From Octopus sinensis (taxonomy: Eukaryota): a DNA stretch of 64,000 bases. Each line of letters opens with the position of its first letter. Position 1 is the stretch's first letter. Under the pieces are notes generated by a model. It ran no database searches and was not told where the DNA came from. It saw only the letters and a list, made by a program, of their open reading frames with translations. Shown here in pieces: positions 36,843 to 49,410 of this stretch. A program made the translations under genes and the position numbers. Location of the stretch: positions 36,828,001 to 36,892,000 of the forward strand of contig NC_043009.1 in NCBI RefSeq assembly GCF_006345805.1, in the 5' to 3' direction.

Positions 36843-39037
36843 ACACATACTTGTATAGGGCAAAAGGTAAGCTATTTTATTGCAGGGTAAGACGTATGCT
36901 ATCGTACAGTTTTTTGGGGCAAGAAATAAACTCGTATATTTTCACTTAACTGAGTTCCTAATTCTTACAACAATAATAACAAATTTTAGCTTCGACCTGT
37001 GCCATACTTAGATATTCCAGCTACAGTTAAGCTGTTTTGTGTCACTTGTAATGAATGCAACGCATGTTCTTGGGGAGATGAAATGGTGCCATTGATAAGT
37101 ATTGAACTTACGATTTAAAAACTACTACTGCTAGTGTTTCGTTGTTCAAATCCACGCTTGCTCTATTAATCTGGCATTTAACCATGGCGTTTTAACCATG
37201 GCCGTCCCGTCAATGTTTCAGATATAGTGTATCTAGAACTACATTATCCAATGTGACTTCTTTATTGTTTAAAGATGGTATTGGAGATATTGGCTGCTCT
37301 TTCTAATAAGATCGAGCGATCAGTGGGATTTGAACTCAAACCGTAATAGTTTTTACTGTAAAGTATTTTGTTCAACATTTTGCCATGCACTGCTGCCATT
37401 AAAATAATAACTGTTGATAATTTAGAACGTAAAGCGAACATCGATCTCAATATGCGACTGGTGCTTTATTTTATCAAATCAAAAAGTAAGATTCACTTCA
37501 GCAAGATTTGAACTTAATATGTAAAAAGCCGGAACTAATACAATGTATTTTCCCAGTCTTTAACGATTCTTCCAACTCTGTACCCTTTGCATTATGATAA
37601 TGGTTTCAAAATTTGCCACAGGACCAGCAAAATACCTCACGAAATTTAATTACGACCTTTTGCTGTTCTGCGTTCAAATCCTGTAGTTCAACTTTGCTTT
37701 TCATCATTTCGGGGGCAACAAAATAAAGTGTACCAGTCAAATATTGGAGTTGATTTTTGTGACAGGCAGAATTGTTAGCGTGTTGAACAAAATGCTTTAC
37801 CGCATTTCTTCCGGGTCTTTATATTCTGAGTTCAAATCATGCCGAGATCAACTATGCCGTTTACCATTCCATGGTCGATAAAATGGAGTACACATCAAGT
37901 ACTGGGGTTGATAGCATCAACTAACTCCCATCCCTTAAACTTGCTGGTTTTGTATCTGAATAAGAAACAATCAGTCTGGTTACTAAATTTTACTATTTCT
38001 TATACTGGAGGTTTAGCTACTATTTCTACTAGTAATTGCGAATATGTAGAGGCCTATTTTTATGATACTCTCCGTTCGGACATTAGAAGTACAACGAAGT
38101 AAATACTAGCTTCTCTCCGGTTTTGAAACTGGTTAGCCATGTTGCCACAATAGGAGATTATTTCTAACTCTACACCACTCGGTTAACCGTCGAGTACTAA
38201 TGATAACGAACTCACATTCTTCCAGTTCTGAGAGTTTGTTCTTTTCCAGTGTACATAACACTTCAGGAAGATAACATGACAGAAAGCTTGTTCATTGTTG
38301 TCCAATTTTGACTAGATAACATTTCTAAAGCAACCCCAGAACGAAATTAGTAAACTTGAAACTTTTTTTTTAATGATTTTTGTTCGTAATTTTGTTTGCT
38401 TAGTTTTATATTATTTTCTTTGATAGTAAAAAAAGTGTGTGCGTGTGTGTGTGTGGGGGGGGGAGTAAGAATGAGGATTTCGTTTTCTATGTCATGTTCT
38501 TTCTATGGCTAATGTTTGTACAACCTTAGCTCGTAGTCATCTTTCGCGTTTTATACCACAACATTATTTCAATATGAACTTACCCAGCAATAGCTAACGT
38601 GGTGTGTACTTCCCTAGGATCTTCTACCCCCTTTTTATGACTCTCTCTCTCTCTCTCTTTCTTTTTTTTTAAAACTTTATTTGTTTTGTTATAGCAGAAA
38701 GGCATTTAGATTTGACATCGATATTGTTAGTCGAACGGAAAAGAAAGAGGACACCTATTGATTGTCAAGAAAGAGAACTTAGCAAATTTAGAGCAGAAAC
38801 ATAATCGTTTTACAACTGGCTTTATCGCAATCGTTACAGGAAAATCAATCTGTCACCAACCGGAATGCAATATGTCAACTAATATTGGTTTCAAATTTTG
38901 GGACAAGGCCAGCAAGTTCGGTAGTGGGAGTAAGTCAGTTATATCAACCCCAGTCCACAACCTGCGAGGATGAAAGGCAAAGTCAACCTGGGCTGCATTT
39001 GAACTCAGAACGAAAAGACGGACGAAATGCCGTTAAG

Positions 39038-39453
39038 TATATATATACACCCACGCGTGCATACTCACACATGAATATGCATTCATTTCCTGTTCTTTAT
39101 ATACTTGTTTCAGTCTTTGGATTGCTGTCATGCTGGGGCACTCGTGGGCTGAAAACCTATAAAACTTATGCTTTAATCCAACACTGTATCGGTCATGAAT
39201 AAAGTCGATTCTAATCATGTGAGATTTGATAATGGAACACCAAGTGTCACCCCAAGAACGATATTGGATTAAAGGTAACTGTATGCGAACTCAGCAGATA
39301 GGCTCTGCCTTTAGAACAAAGTGTCTGCCTGATTATTACGGTAAGAGGATAAGCATTTATTGAAAATTCTTCCTTGTACTTTATATTTCAATGAAGAGTT
39401 CCGTTCAAAGATTGAACTGAAATACTCCACTGAATTACAATACTTTTAATACA
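39038..39453 (+). repeat. Short segmental duplicate of 54420-54844
   Basis: About 5 substitutions and one 11-bp indel counted by eye; interrupts a SINE head. Confidence 0.9.
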
Positions 39454-39913
39454 GCTCATCGCCTTTAACCAGCTCATCGCCTTTATGTCTGAACTAATAT
39501 TCATTTCAAATTTTGGCACAATGTCAGCAAGTTCGACCCCATTGTTCCACTGGTATTTATGTTATCAGCCCAGAAAGGATGAAAGGCAAAGTCGACCTCA
39601 GAACATAAAGACGGACGAAATACCGCGAAGCATTTTGCCCGGCGTGTTAACCATTATATCAGCTCGCCGCCTTTGTGTCTGAACTAGTATTGCTATTTGG
39701 AAGAGAAATACAACTTTATGATTGAAGAAGACTTTTAAGGTCCACCACGAAACCGTTAATTAAGATTTGTAGAAATTACATGGATTTAAAAAATTAAAGG
39801 GTTGACAGAAATGCGTGACACAACTAAACAATATATTTATAACCTTTACTTTATTAGTGATGCGGCAATAAAGGACATATCCCTAATAAAGGGATATCCG
39901 CTAATAAAGGACA

Positions 39914-40332
39914 GGTGCAGGAGTGGCTGTGTGGTAAGTAGCTTGCTAACCAACCACATGGTTCCGGGTTCAGTCCCACTGCGTGGCATCTTGGGAAAGT
40001 GTCTTCTGCTATAGCCCCGGGCCGACCAATGCCTTGTGAGTGGATTTGGTAGACGGAAACTGAAAGAAGCCTGTCGTATATATGTATATATATATATATG
40101 CGTGTGTGTGTTTGTGTGTCTGTGTTTGTCCCCCTAGCATTGCTTGACAACCGATGCTGGTGTGTTTATGTCCCCGTTACTTAGCGGTTCGGCAAAAGAG
40201 ACCGATAGAATAAGTACTTGGCTTACAAAAGAATAAGTCCCAGGGTCGAGTTGCTCGATTAAAGGCGGTGCTCCAGCATGGCCGCAGTCAAATGACTGAA
40301 ACAAGTAAAAGAGTAAAAGAGAGTAAAAGAGT
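39914..40332 (+). mobile_element. CORE-like SINE, full length
   Basis: High similarity to 8690-9150. Confidence 0.9.
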
Positions 40333-42209
40333 ATCCCTAATATATCTAATAAAGAACATATATATAATCTTAATTTTATTAGCGACGTACTAATGAAGGA
40401 TATGTCAATGATATTTCTAATACAGAATCTATTTGTAATCCCTTACTTTATTAGTGATAAATCAATGTATAAGCCTCTACAGGGTCACTTCACTTGCTAG
40501 AAATAGCAGAAAAATCGCCTTAAACTCACACCTTACTGTCCATGTTAGGTATTGTTCTTAAATTTTATGGAATGGTTACGGCTGGAGTTCCTTTGATCCT
40601 AGATCTGCTCGATTAGTTTTGACCTGTAGTTAAACAAGATCGTATTTAGGAGATCTCCGTATAAGGTGGTTTGACCCAAAAGAAATATCTGAATTTTCCT
40701 CTTTCTCTCTCCTCCACCTCTAGACATTTTACTGCCATGTGGTCTTGAATGCATATTACCTGAAAGAAGAGGAGAGAGGTCACTACTGGAAAGTTTTTGA
40801 TCAGATGACTGCTAAGTCAAAGCTGACCCGGAGCTATACAACAACAACAACAACATCAGCAATAACTATATTTTCCCGCCTTAAAGTCCTACTCGCATCG
40901 AAACCTGCTGAAACCTGCTTCTTCACAGTTTTAAAACAAATCGGAGTAGACACACATGATAAGGCGGCAAAAAAAGAAACGAAAAGACAATGCAAAACAG
41001 ATGAGCTATCTATAAGATAGTGAGATTAGATCATATGTATTTATTAAATATATGCATATACACTCCGAGGTTACATTCTGTAAATTTTTTTTTAATGTAT
41101 TTACATTTTATGCGTATATGTACTGTCATAGAATATTAATTAATCAATGAGGTGTCAACAAATGTACTGATAGGCAAGTGAGCGAAATTAGACCGTCTTA
41201 CTCGAAGCATTTTCCCTGTGAAGCTATCTTAAGCATTCGCTTTCTGTAGGACTGCGTCGATATTTTTCTTAAGCCAGCTCGTCTGTTCTGTAACCAGATG
41301 AGAATAGACGAGCTGTTGTTCGATCAGTTTTGCAGAGAGCGAGAGAGAGAAGGAGAGAGAGAGAGAGAGAGAGAGAAGGGGAGATAAAGAGAGGAGGAGG
41401 ATTGAAGAACAATGAGAACTTCATATGTTTTAATCACTTGCGCTAAATACGCAATATGGTTTAGAAGAGATATGTTGAGGAAGTGCTTGCTTGTGATATA
41501 TAGGAACGGAAGGCGGCGTGCAGAATCGTCAGCACGCCGGGGGGAAATACTCAGCGGCATTTTGTCCGTCTTTACGTTCTAAGTTCAAATTCCGCCGAGG
41601 TCGACTTTGCCATCCATTCTTTCGAGATCGATAAAATACGTACCACTTGGGGATTAATCGACTCAGCCCTCCCTCGGAATGATGACCTTGCGCCAAAATT
41701 TGAAGCCAATATTATATTCGTATGAAAGGTGGCGAGCTGGCTGAATCGTTACTTCGCCGGCCAAAATGCTTAGCGGCATTTCGTTCATTTTTACATTCTG
41801 AGTTAAAATTCCTCTAGCTTGGCATTACCGTGCATCCTTTCGGGAGTCGATAAAGTAAATACCAGTTGATCACTAAGATCAATGTAATCGACTTAACTCC
41901 TCCCCAATATTGCTGGTCTGTACAAAATTATATATGTGTGAAGGTATGTGTGAGTATGTATTTCTACGTGTAAGCTGTGATCTAGAGTGGCACAGCATTG
42001 TTTCGGGAGAAATGTTAAATATTGATTTCAAATTTTGGCATAAGACCAGCAAATTCTGGAAGTGGTAAGACGATTACATTGACCCCAGTTTTCGTTTTGA
42101 TACTTATCGACCCTGAAAGAATGAAAGACAAAGTCGACTTCGATCGAATTTGAACTCAGAATATAATGATGGACGAATGCCGCGAAGCGTTTGCCCGACG
42201 TGCTAACGA

Positions 42210-42976
42210 TTCTTTTCTACTCTAGGCGCAAGGCCCGAAATTATTTGGGGAGGGGCCAGTCGATTAGTTCGACACCAGTACGCAACTGGTACTTAATTTG
42301 TCGACCCCGAAAAAATGAAAAGCGAAGTCAACCTCGATGGGATTTGAACTCAGAATGTAAAAACAGACGAAATACCTATTTCTTTATTACCCACAAGGGG
42401 CTAAACACAGAGGGAACAAACAAGGACAGACATAGGTATTAAGTCGATTACATCGACCCCAGTTCGTAACTGGTACTTAATTTATCGACCCCGAAAGGAT
42501 GAAAGGCAAGTCGACCTCGGCGGAATTTGAACTCAGAACGTAGCGACGAGCGAAATACCTATTTCTTTATTACCCACAAGGGGCTAAACACAGAGGGGAC
42601 AAATAAGGACAGACAAACGGATTAAGTCGATTACATCGACCCCAGTGCGTAACTGGTATTTATTTAATCGACCCCAAAAGGATGAAAGTCAAAGTCGGCA
42701 TCGGCGGAATTTGAACTCAGAACATAAAGGCAGCCGAAATACCTATTTCTTTACTACCTACAAGGGGCTAAACACAGAGAGGACAAACAAGGACAGACAA
42801 ACGGATTAAGTCGATTACATCGACCCCAGTGCGTAACTGGTATTCATTTAATCGACCCCAAAAGGATGAAAGGCAAAATCCACCTCGGCGGAATTTGAAC
42901 TCAGAACGTAACGGCAGCCGAAATACCGCTAAGCATTTCGCCCGGCGCGCTAACGACTCTGCCAGCTCGCCGCCTT
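42210..42976 (-). mobile_element. SINE tetramer (head unit plus three B-box-only units)
   Basis: gaaatacc at 42369, 42552, 42736, 42920 (periods 183, 184, 184); single A-box head at 42930-42976. Confidence 0.9.
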
Positions 42977-43303
42977 AGACATGCTAAATATTAATAAAAA
43001 TTACGACAAGAATTGAACTCTTACTTAAAAAAAATTAATCAACTCTGATAATTGGGGTAGAAACACACCTTATCAAAAGTGTCAAGTAAACACATCTGGC
43101 TTCATTGTTACGTATACACACACGTATTTGTATGCGTGTTAACATGTGTATACATATGTACGTTTATGTATACATATATGTATCTACATATGTCTCTATC
43201 TCACTCTTTATCTCATCTCTCTCTCTCTCTAAATATATATATATATATATATAATATATATATATTATATAATATATATATTATATATATATATATATAT
43301 ATA

Positions 43304-43348
<45 letters not shown>

Positions 43349-43586
43349 TCAAACATACTTCACAACGTTATAATTCGGGTATTTAGTTTCTATTCAAACA
43401 CTCGAACAGCAGTATACATACACATACACACGCATTCGAACGGACTCTTATATACAGACACAAAGCCCAATATACGCATATAGATGTGTGTGTGTGCATA
43501 AATAAATATATATATATTTATAAACACATATGAATACGTGCGTGTACATGTATGAAAGTGGATATATATCTTTGTTTATATAGATA

Positions 43587-43621
<35 letters not shown>

Positions 43622-43868
43622 TACCGTAAACAGATATCTATGATTTTCACATGTGCCAATGAAGAATTCAGCCGTATCTTTGCAACTGACTTGAATTTAA
43701 ATGTTCGACAGATGTGCTTTATAAACCGTCTTGGAGTCTTTTATGATGATTCAGCAGTATATTGGGTTTTAATCGTAAACAATTTTTAAAATGACCCCTT
43801 TGCCATTAACTTGTAAACCTATTTCATATCACTTATATTTCCTCGTATGGCATATTACTGAATGACAC

Positions 43869-43907
<39 letters not shown>

Positions 43908-44055
43908 TATATATATATACATACACATATATATATAACATATATAATTATACATATATAACATATAAACATTTGTAGATATACATATATATATACACAT
44001 ATATATATACATATATTATATATGTATATATATGTATATATGTATAGTATATGTT

Positions 44056-44128
<73 letters not shown>

Positions 44129-44388
44129 GCATGTGTATAGTTATATATCCATTACACATGTACATATGTGCTTAAAAATAAGCATGGGGAACACCCTATA
44201 CATTTGGGTGTTCTAAAGGAAGAAATCCACACATGTTTGGGAACAGAGACATGTACATACATACATAGATACATAGATAGATAGATACACACACTACGCA
44301 CGCGCACCTAAACACGCAAACATGTATTTATATACTTGTATAGGTGTTTATGAATGTATGAGTATATGTACATAAATGGTGTATATTC

Positions 44389-44424
<36 letters not shown>

Positions 44425-44592
44425 ATGTATATATCTATATACACACACAGATATATATATATACATAAATACATATACATAATACGCATACATACATAGC
44501 TATATGTGTATGTATGCATGTATGCATGTATGTATGTATATATATATATATATATATAATATTATATATATATTATATATATAATAATAAAT

Positions 44593-44950
44593 ATTAGGGA
44601 ATATATCCAAATTTACAGGGAAAAAAATCAGATTTAGGATTAAATCCAATTTTATAGTAAAATATTATAAAATATTATTTGAGACAAAACCATATTTGCA
44701 AAAAAACAAGGAAGACTTAATCAATACATAAAATTTAATAAATAGTCAAAAAAAACGCCACTACAATCGTTTCTTGTCTTGATCGACAATCTTCAGGTGG
44801 ACTTCCAATCTAAAAAATCAAAATTTTAATATAAAAATAATACTTTTAAATAATTAAAGTATAAATGAAAAAATATAAGTATATAATCCATATATAACCT
44901 ATATATAATCCATATCGAAAATATGACTAATACCACGAATTCCCTAAAAA
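44593..44950 (-). mobile_element. Penelope pLTR-like unit carrying a hammerhead
   Basis: AT-rich unit bounded by inverted ttagggaat/attccctaa, containing the ribozyme at 44758-44800; followed by an A tract and a strongly G-poor stretch (8 G in 44941-45240). Confidence 0.5.
44758..44800 (-). ncRNA. Minimal type-I hammerhead ribozyme, intact core
   Basis: CCAC CUGAAGA UUGUC-gaucaa-GACAA GAAAC gauu GUA / GUGG; all conserved core positions present; stem I (4 bp) and stem II (5 bp) perfectly paired. Confidence 0.85.
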
Positions 44951-45261
44951 AAAAAAAAAAAAAAAAAAAAACCATGATAAAACAAAACTCTTAAAAACAT
45001 ATAACGATTAAATCTCCCTTTGCTAAACTTTATAACAAACCTATAAAGTAAACCCCCTAACCTAAACATTCACACACAAATACACACACGTAAACCACAG
45101 ACTCACGACTTATACACATACCTATACTAACTTATAAACCTCAATATACACCAAACCCACTCCCTCCCCACACAGACAAAATTAACACATACATCCCAAA
45201 ACCTAAATAACAAACCCATATACACATTCACACACAAAACACACACTCACTTGTCCATGGT

Positions 45262-45307
<46 letters not shown>

Positions 45308-45331
45308 TGCTGTATATACATAAACAAAAAG

Positions 45332-45385
45332 GTAGTCTTACAGTTGTTTCAGGGATATAGAAAATGTCTCATCATCAGAGACTAC
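45332..45385 (-). ncRNA. Minimal type-I hammerhead ribozyme, intact core, imperfect stem II
   Basis: GUAGUCU CUGAUGA UGAGACA-uuuucua-UAUCCCU GAAAC aacu GUA / AGACUAC; perfect 7-bp stem I. Confidence 0.75.
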
Positions 45386-45476
45386 GATAGAGTTAAATAG
45401 AAGGAAATAGTACAGTTCAATAGGAAGTACAAAGGGAAATATGAGAATATATGTATATGTGTGTGTGCGTGTGTGT

Positions 45477-45525
<49 letters not shown>

Positions 45526-45986
45526 TGTGTGTGTGTGTGTGTTGGATGTTAAAAATTGTTGCTCCATTATCCAAGGAATGTGCCGTGTAGAATGGGTAAA
45601 GAGGCTTTTTGTCCATGGTATATAAATTCCGGTAGGTTTTCATATTTTATAAGTAAAAATGGATAGCGCGCAGATATTAATTCCATGTGCTATTCATTCA
45701 ACATGTACAAATGTAGTGTAAATGAAAATTTGAGAATATACTTGTAGGGGGAAATAGATGGAGAGAAGGCAATAGATATGTATGTTAGAAGGAAGTAAAA
45801 GGATATTGGTCAAAAGGATTAGGGGAGGAAGGAAGAAAGAAGGAAAAAAGTGCTTGATGGCGATCAAGATATTATGAGGGGGTGGGGAGAAGAAAGTTAT
45901 CAGTAGATGAAAGGAAAAGGAGGAAAGATAGAAGGAAGAGATAAGAATGTAATGAAGGGATATGTGTGAATATAGGTAGATAGACA

Positions 45987-46022
<36 letters not shown>

Positions 46023-46296
46023 ACGATGCTGACGTGCTGGTCTCTCTCCTTTTCTACTCTCTCCCCATTCATAATGAAATCTTTGTATATATATATGTGC
46101 ATGTGCTTTTATGTGTGTGTGGGTGTATGTGTGCGCGTGTGTGAGTTTGTGTGAATATAGATATTCACCATTGTCAACCCATAAAATTCTCTATATTAAT
46201 TGATCTACATTATTGACTTTCCAGTATTCCCCAATTACGTATTTCACTCACTCAGCCCCTTGTCTCGTATACCGCCAACCCACCACTCTACTACTG

Positions 46297-46336
<40 letters not shown>

Positions 46337-46626
46337 GAGGAGGAGGAGAGGAGGAAGAGGAGGAGTGTTGCGGGAACATTAAACTTACTTTATGACCTGA
46401 TTCCGATTGCACTATTTATTACTTCATTAACCGATTTTTTGTAGAGCTTCACACGGTATAATACGAATGAAAAATACCTCGGTACATCTACACACACTTG
46501 CATGTGTATGTGTGTATGCTTGTATGTGTATATAAATATACACATACATACATATATATAGATGTGCACATATACGTGTGTATATTTATATCTATCTATC
46601 TATCTATCTATCTCTCTATCTATCTT

Positions 46627-46667
<41 letters not shown>

Positions 46668-46708
46668 TTATCTATCTATCTTTCTATCTATCTATCTATA
46701 TCTATCTA

Positions 46709-46762
<54 letters not shown>

Positions 46763-48804
46763 ATCTGCATTATATCAGATGTACTACATTCCTTCATTCC
46801 ATTCCATATTTCTTTCCCAAAGGCACTGTTGTCATACCTCTAATGAATGCGAATATAACGGAAGTAGAAGTTCAAAATTATGGTTGCCTTGTTTGAAATT
46901 CATCTTTACCTGTCACTCCAGGTAGCTTAGTAGAATTGTTTTGTATGTTCGTGTATTCCCCAGAGAGTTCGTGTTTTCCTTTATTTTTCTTCCAGATTCT
47001 CAAATTGGATGGTGGGTTATAACCAGAACCAATCGTCATTTTCCACTAGCTCTCTTTGATTATACTCATGAGGAGGGAAAATAAAATAGTTAAAGGAATT
47101 GGCGCCGTTAATAGTATCAATGAAAATTCTACTCTCTAAGAGCATAGGAATTTCTTTGGTACTGAGATTAGCGTGTTCAAGAACAATATACAATAGCAAA
47201 TGATATGAATGATGAAGAAAGAAAATTTTGTAATCTTAACGAAGGAAATGCATCTCAATTTCGGCGTTAACTTACTGATCTGCAGGTTACCATTCAGAGT
47301 AAAAAGAAAATCTATTTCAGAAAACCAGTATATTGAGAAAAGCAGCGTACTGACGACTATGGCATTGCCTCTGTCCTTATTTTAGAATCTGGAGTAACAT
47401 CAAAATGGTAACGTCCAGAAGCAGATGTTTAAACAAGAATGAATTTTCAAACAGCTAATAAAACCCTGTTGCTGTTCCGTGACGAATCTGAACATATGAC
47501 ATCATTTCAGAGAAAGGTACAGCTTGACAAGCATCATACAGACTTGTATAAAGAAGCTGTGCTAGAAATCTGGATGAATTTTCCCGCTTTGTATTTTCTT
47601 CATATCCACTGATACTCTTTTCAGAGGAGACTCGAAATGGAGAATTAATGGCATTCAATAGTTTACAGTTCCTTATTATGATTGTTGGGAACTGATTCAC
47701 ATTATATCTGCAAGATTTTTTCGATAAAGTTTTATGAAAAATATTTTAAAGAAATTTTATCCCTAAGGATTTAAAAAAAAAGTAGCAAGAATTACCATGA
47801 AAGAGCAATTCTATCATAATAATTCTAATACTCAACGAAGGCAATGGTACTCCTAATTCCACATCTTGTCGAAGAATTTGCAGTTGCCGTTAGTACTTCA
47901 AAGATTATTCTGCAGACTGTAATTCTATGATTCTTGCACTGCACTGACGATGCTAAAGTTGATTCTATCATCATACAGCCAGGAACAGGGAGAGATACCA
48001 CCGCTCCGTGAAGCCGTGGATGTGTATCTCAAAAGAAATGTCGTTAGAAGGATTTAGATTATATTTCAGTTATTTGTAACTATGCAAGACTCGCGAAATC
48101 ATGGATGGATTGAGGAATATAAGATTCTTGTCCCACTATGGCTTCCTTGTAAAAGAAGTCTTCAACTTTCATATAAAATGTTCCGGCACAACATTCTATG
48201 TCTTCTTTAAGTTTGGCTGTTTGAAGCCTTGAATGATAATGGAGTGATCTTTATAATTCATGTATTCAATACTTTACTATTAAACAAGCGTATCGCATGG
48301 TGAACTGGAAACCGGAAACATATGATAGCGAAGCGAGTTTCTTAAACGCAAAGCTATTGGCTCGGAACTGACTTCTACTGAAAATAATGCTTTAATTTCT
48401 CACAACTACATACTATTGGTCACGTTAATCTATAGAGCTGGTTGTTAGCTCCAGCATCTGTAGTGTTAGACGCGAAGAGAACTCTGGACTATTGCAATAG
48501 GTTATTTAATCTTGAGAGGAATTGAAATTAGCTCTGCCAGCTAACAAACATCTCCATGGCGGTAAATAACGGCCTTTCTTTAAAGAGAGGCAATAAGAGA
48601 GAATCTATGCAGTTACTCAATTTTCTGGGAGTTGTATCATACCAAATGTATTCAAATCATAATCTGCCGTATTAAAAGGCGTCACATTAGATAATGGAGA
48701 CTAAATATACGCTTTTAGAAGAGAAAGAAGGGATATTCGCCGCTGGACCGCTTTTGGCCACAGAGTTAATCTGGGATTAATTAACAACAGCTCTCTATTT
48801 AAAG

Positions 48805-49061
48805 CAGTGTTTCTCAACCCTTTTTTTGCCTGGATCACCTTTTTGTTTCCTATTTTACTCGAACTGACCTTCATAACTATTCGCTGTTTAAAAGATCCTA
48901 TTATATTTTTATAATTAACTATTAATACAATTTGTATTTAAAAAATTGTTTAAATGTTTTGTGTATTGTAGAAGCAAAACCAATTTATTGTACATAAATC
49001 TTAACAACAAAATCTTACATGGAGCCCAAAGAGTCATATGGGCGGCGGTTGAGAACCAATA
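48805..49061. mobile_element. hAT/Charlie-type MITE
   Basis: TIRs cagtgtttctcaacc / ggttgagaaccaata; partly matching 8-bp flanks atttaaag / atataagc. Confidence 0.65.
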
Positions 49062-49410
49062 ATATAAGCAATGCAGTTTTGGGAGTCACAAGGAAGGGGC
49101 CCTAGTGATGAGAACAAAATCAGTCGTCTTTATTTCTCGGTCATCACAGATTAACAATAAAGCCATTATCAACATTATTTTCCCCTCTCATCCATTCCTC
49201 CTTCTCTGCCTCTCTATCATTCCCCTTCTCTGTGATTATGATGAAGAATTATTTTTTAAAGCTCAATTTACTCAATAGCCGAAAGCCTGTTATAAATATA
49301 ATTCTAGAACAAATAAGCACCAGCACGTTGATAACCCACCAATATTCACTACATCAAGATGATTGCGCTCTTGGTGAACCAACGGCACTGTTTTACGTAA
49401 CTCACTCCTC

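Noticed and set aside
38205-38330. Minus-strand GTGAGT donor with upstream LPEVLCTLEKNKLSELEE frame
   Set aside because: The frame is closed by a stop before any good acceptor
40600-40860. Apparent acceptor and short ORFs
   Set aside because: The region contains two copies of a repeat tail (gctgacc.g.gcta.acaacaac) and is best explained as retroelement debris
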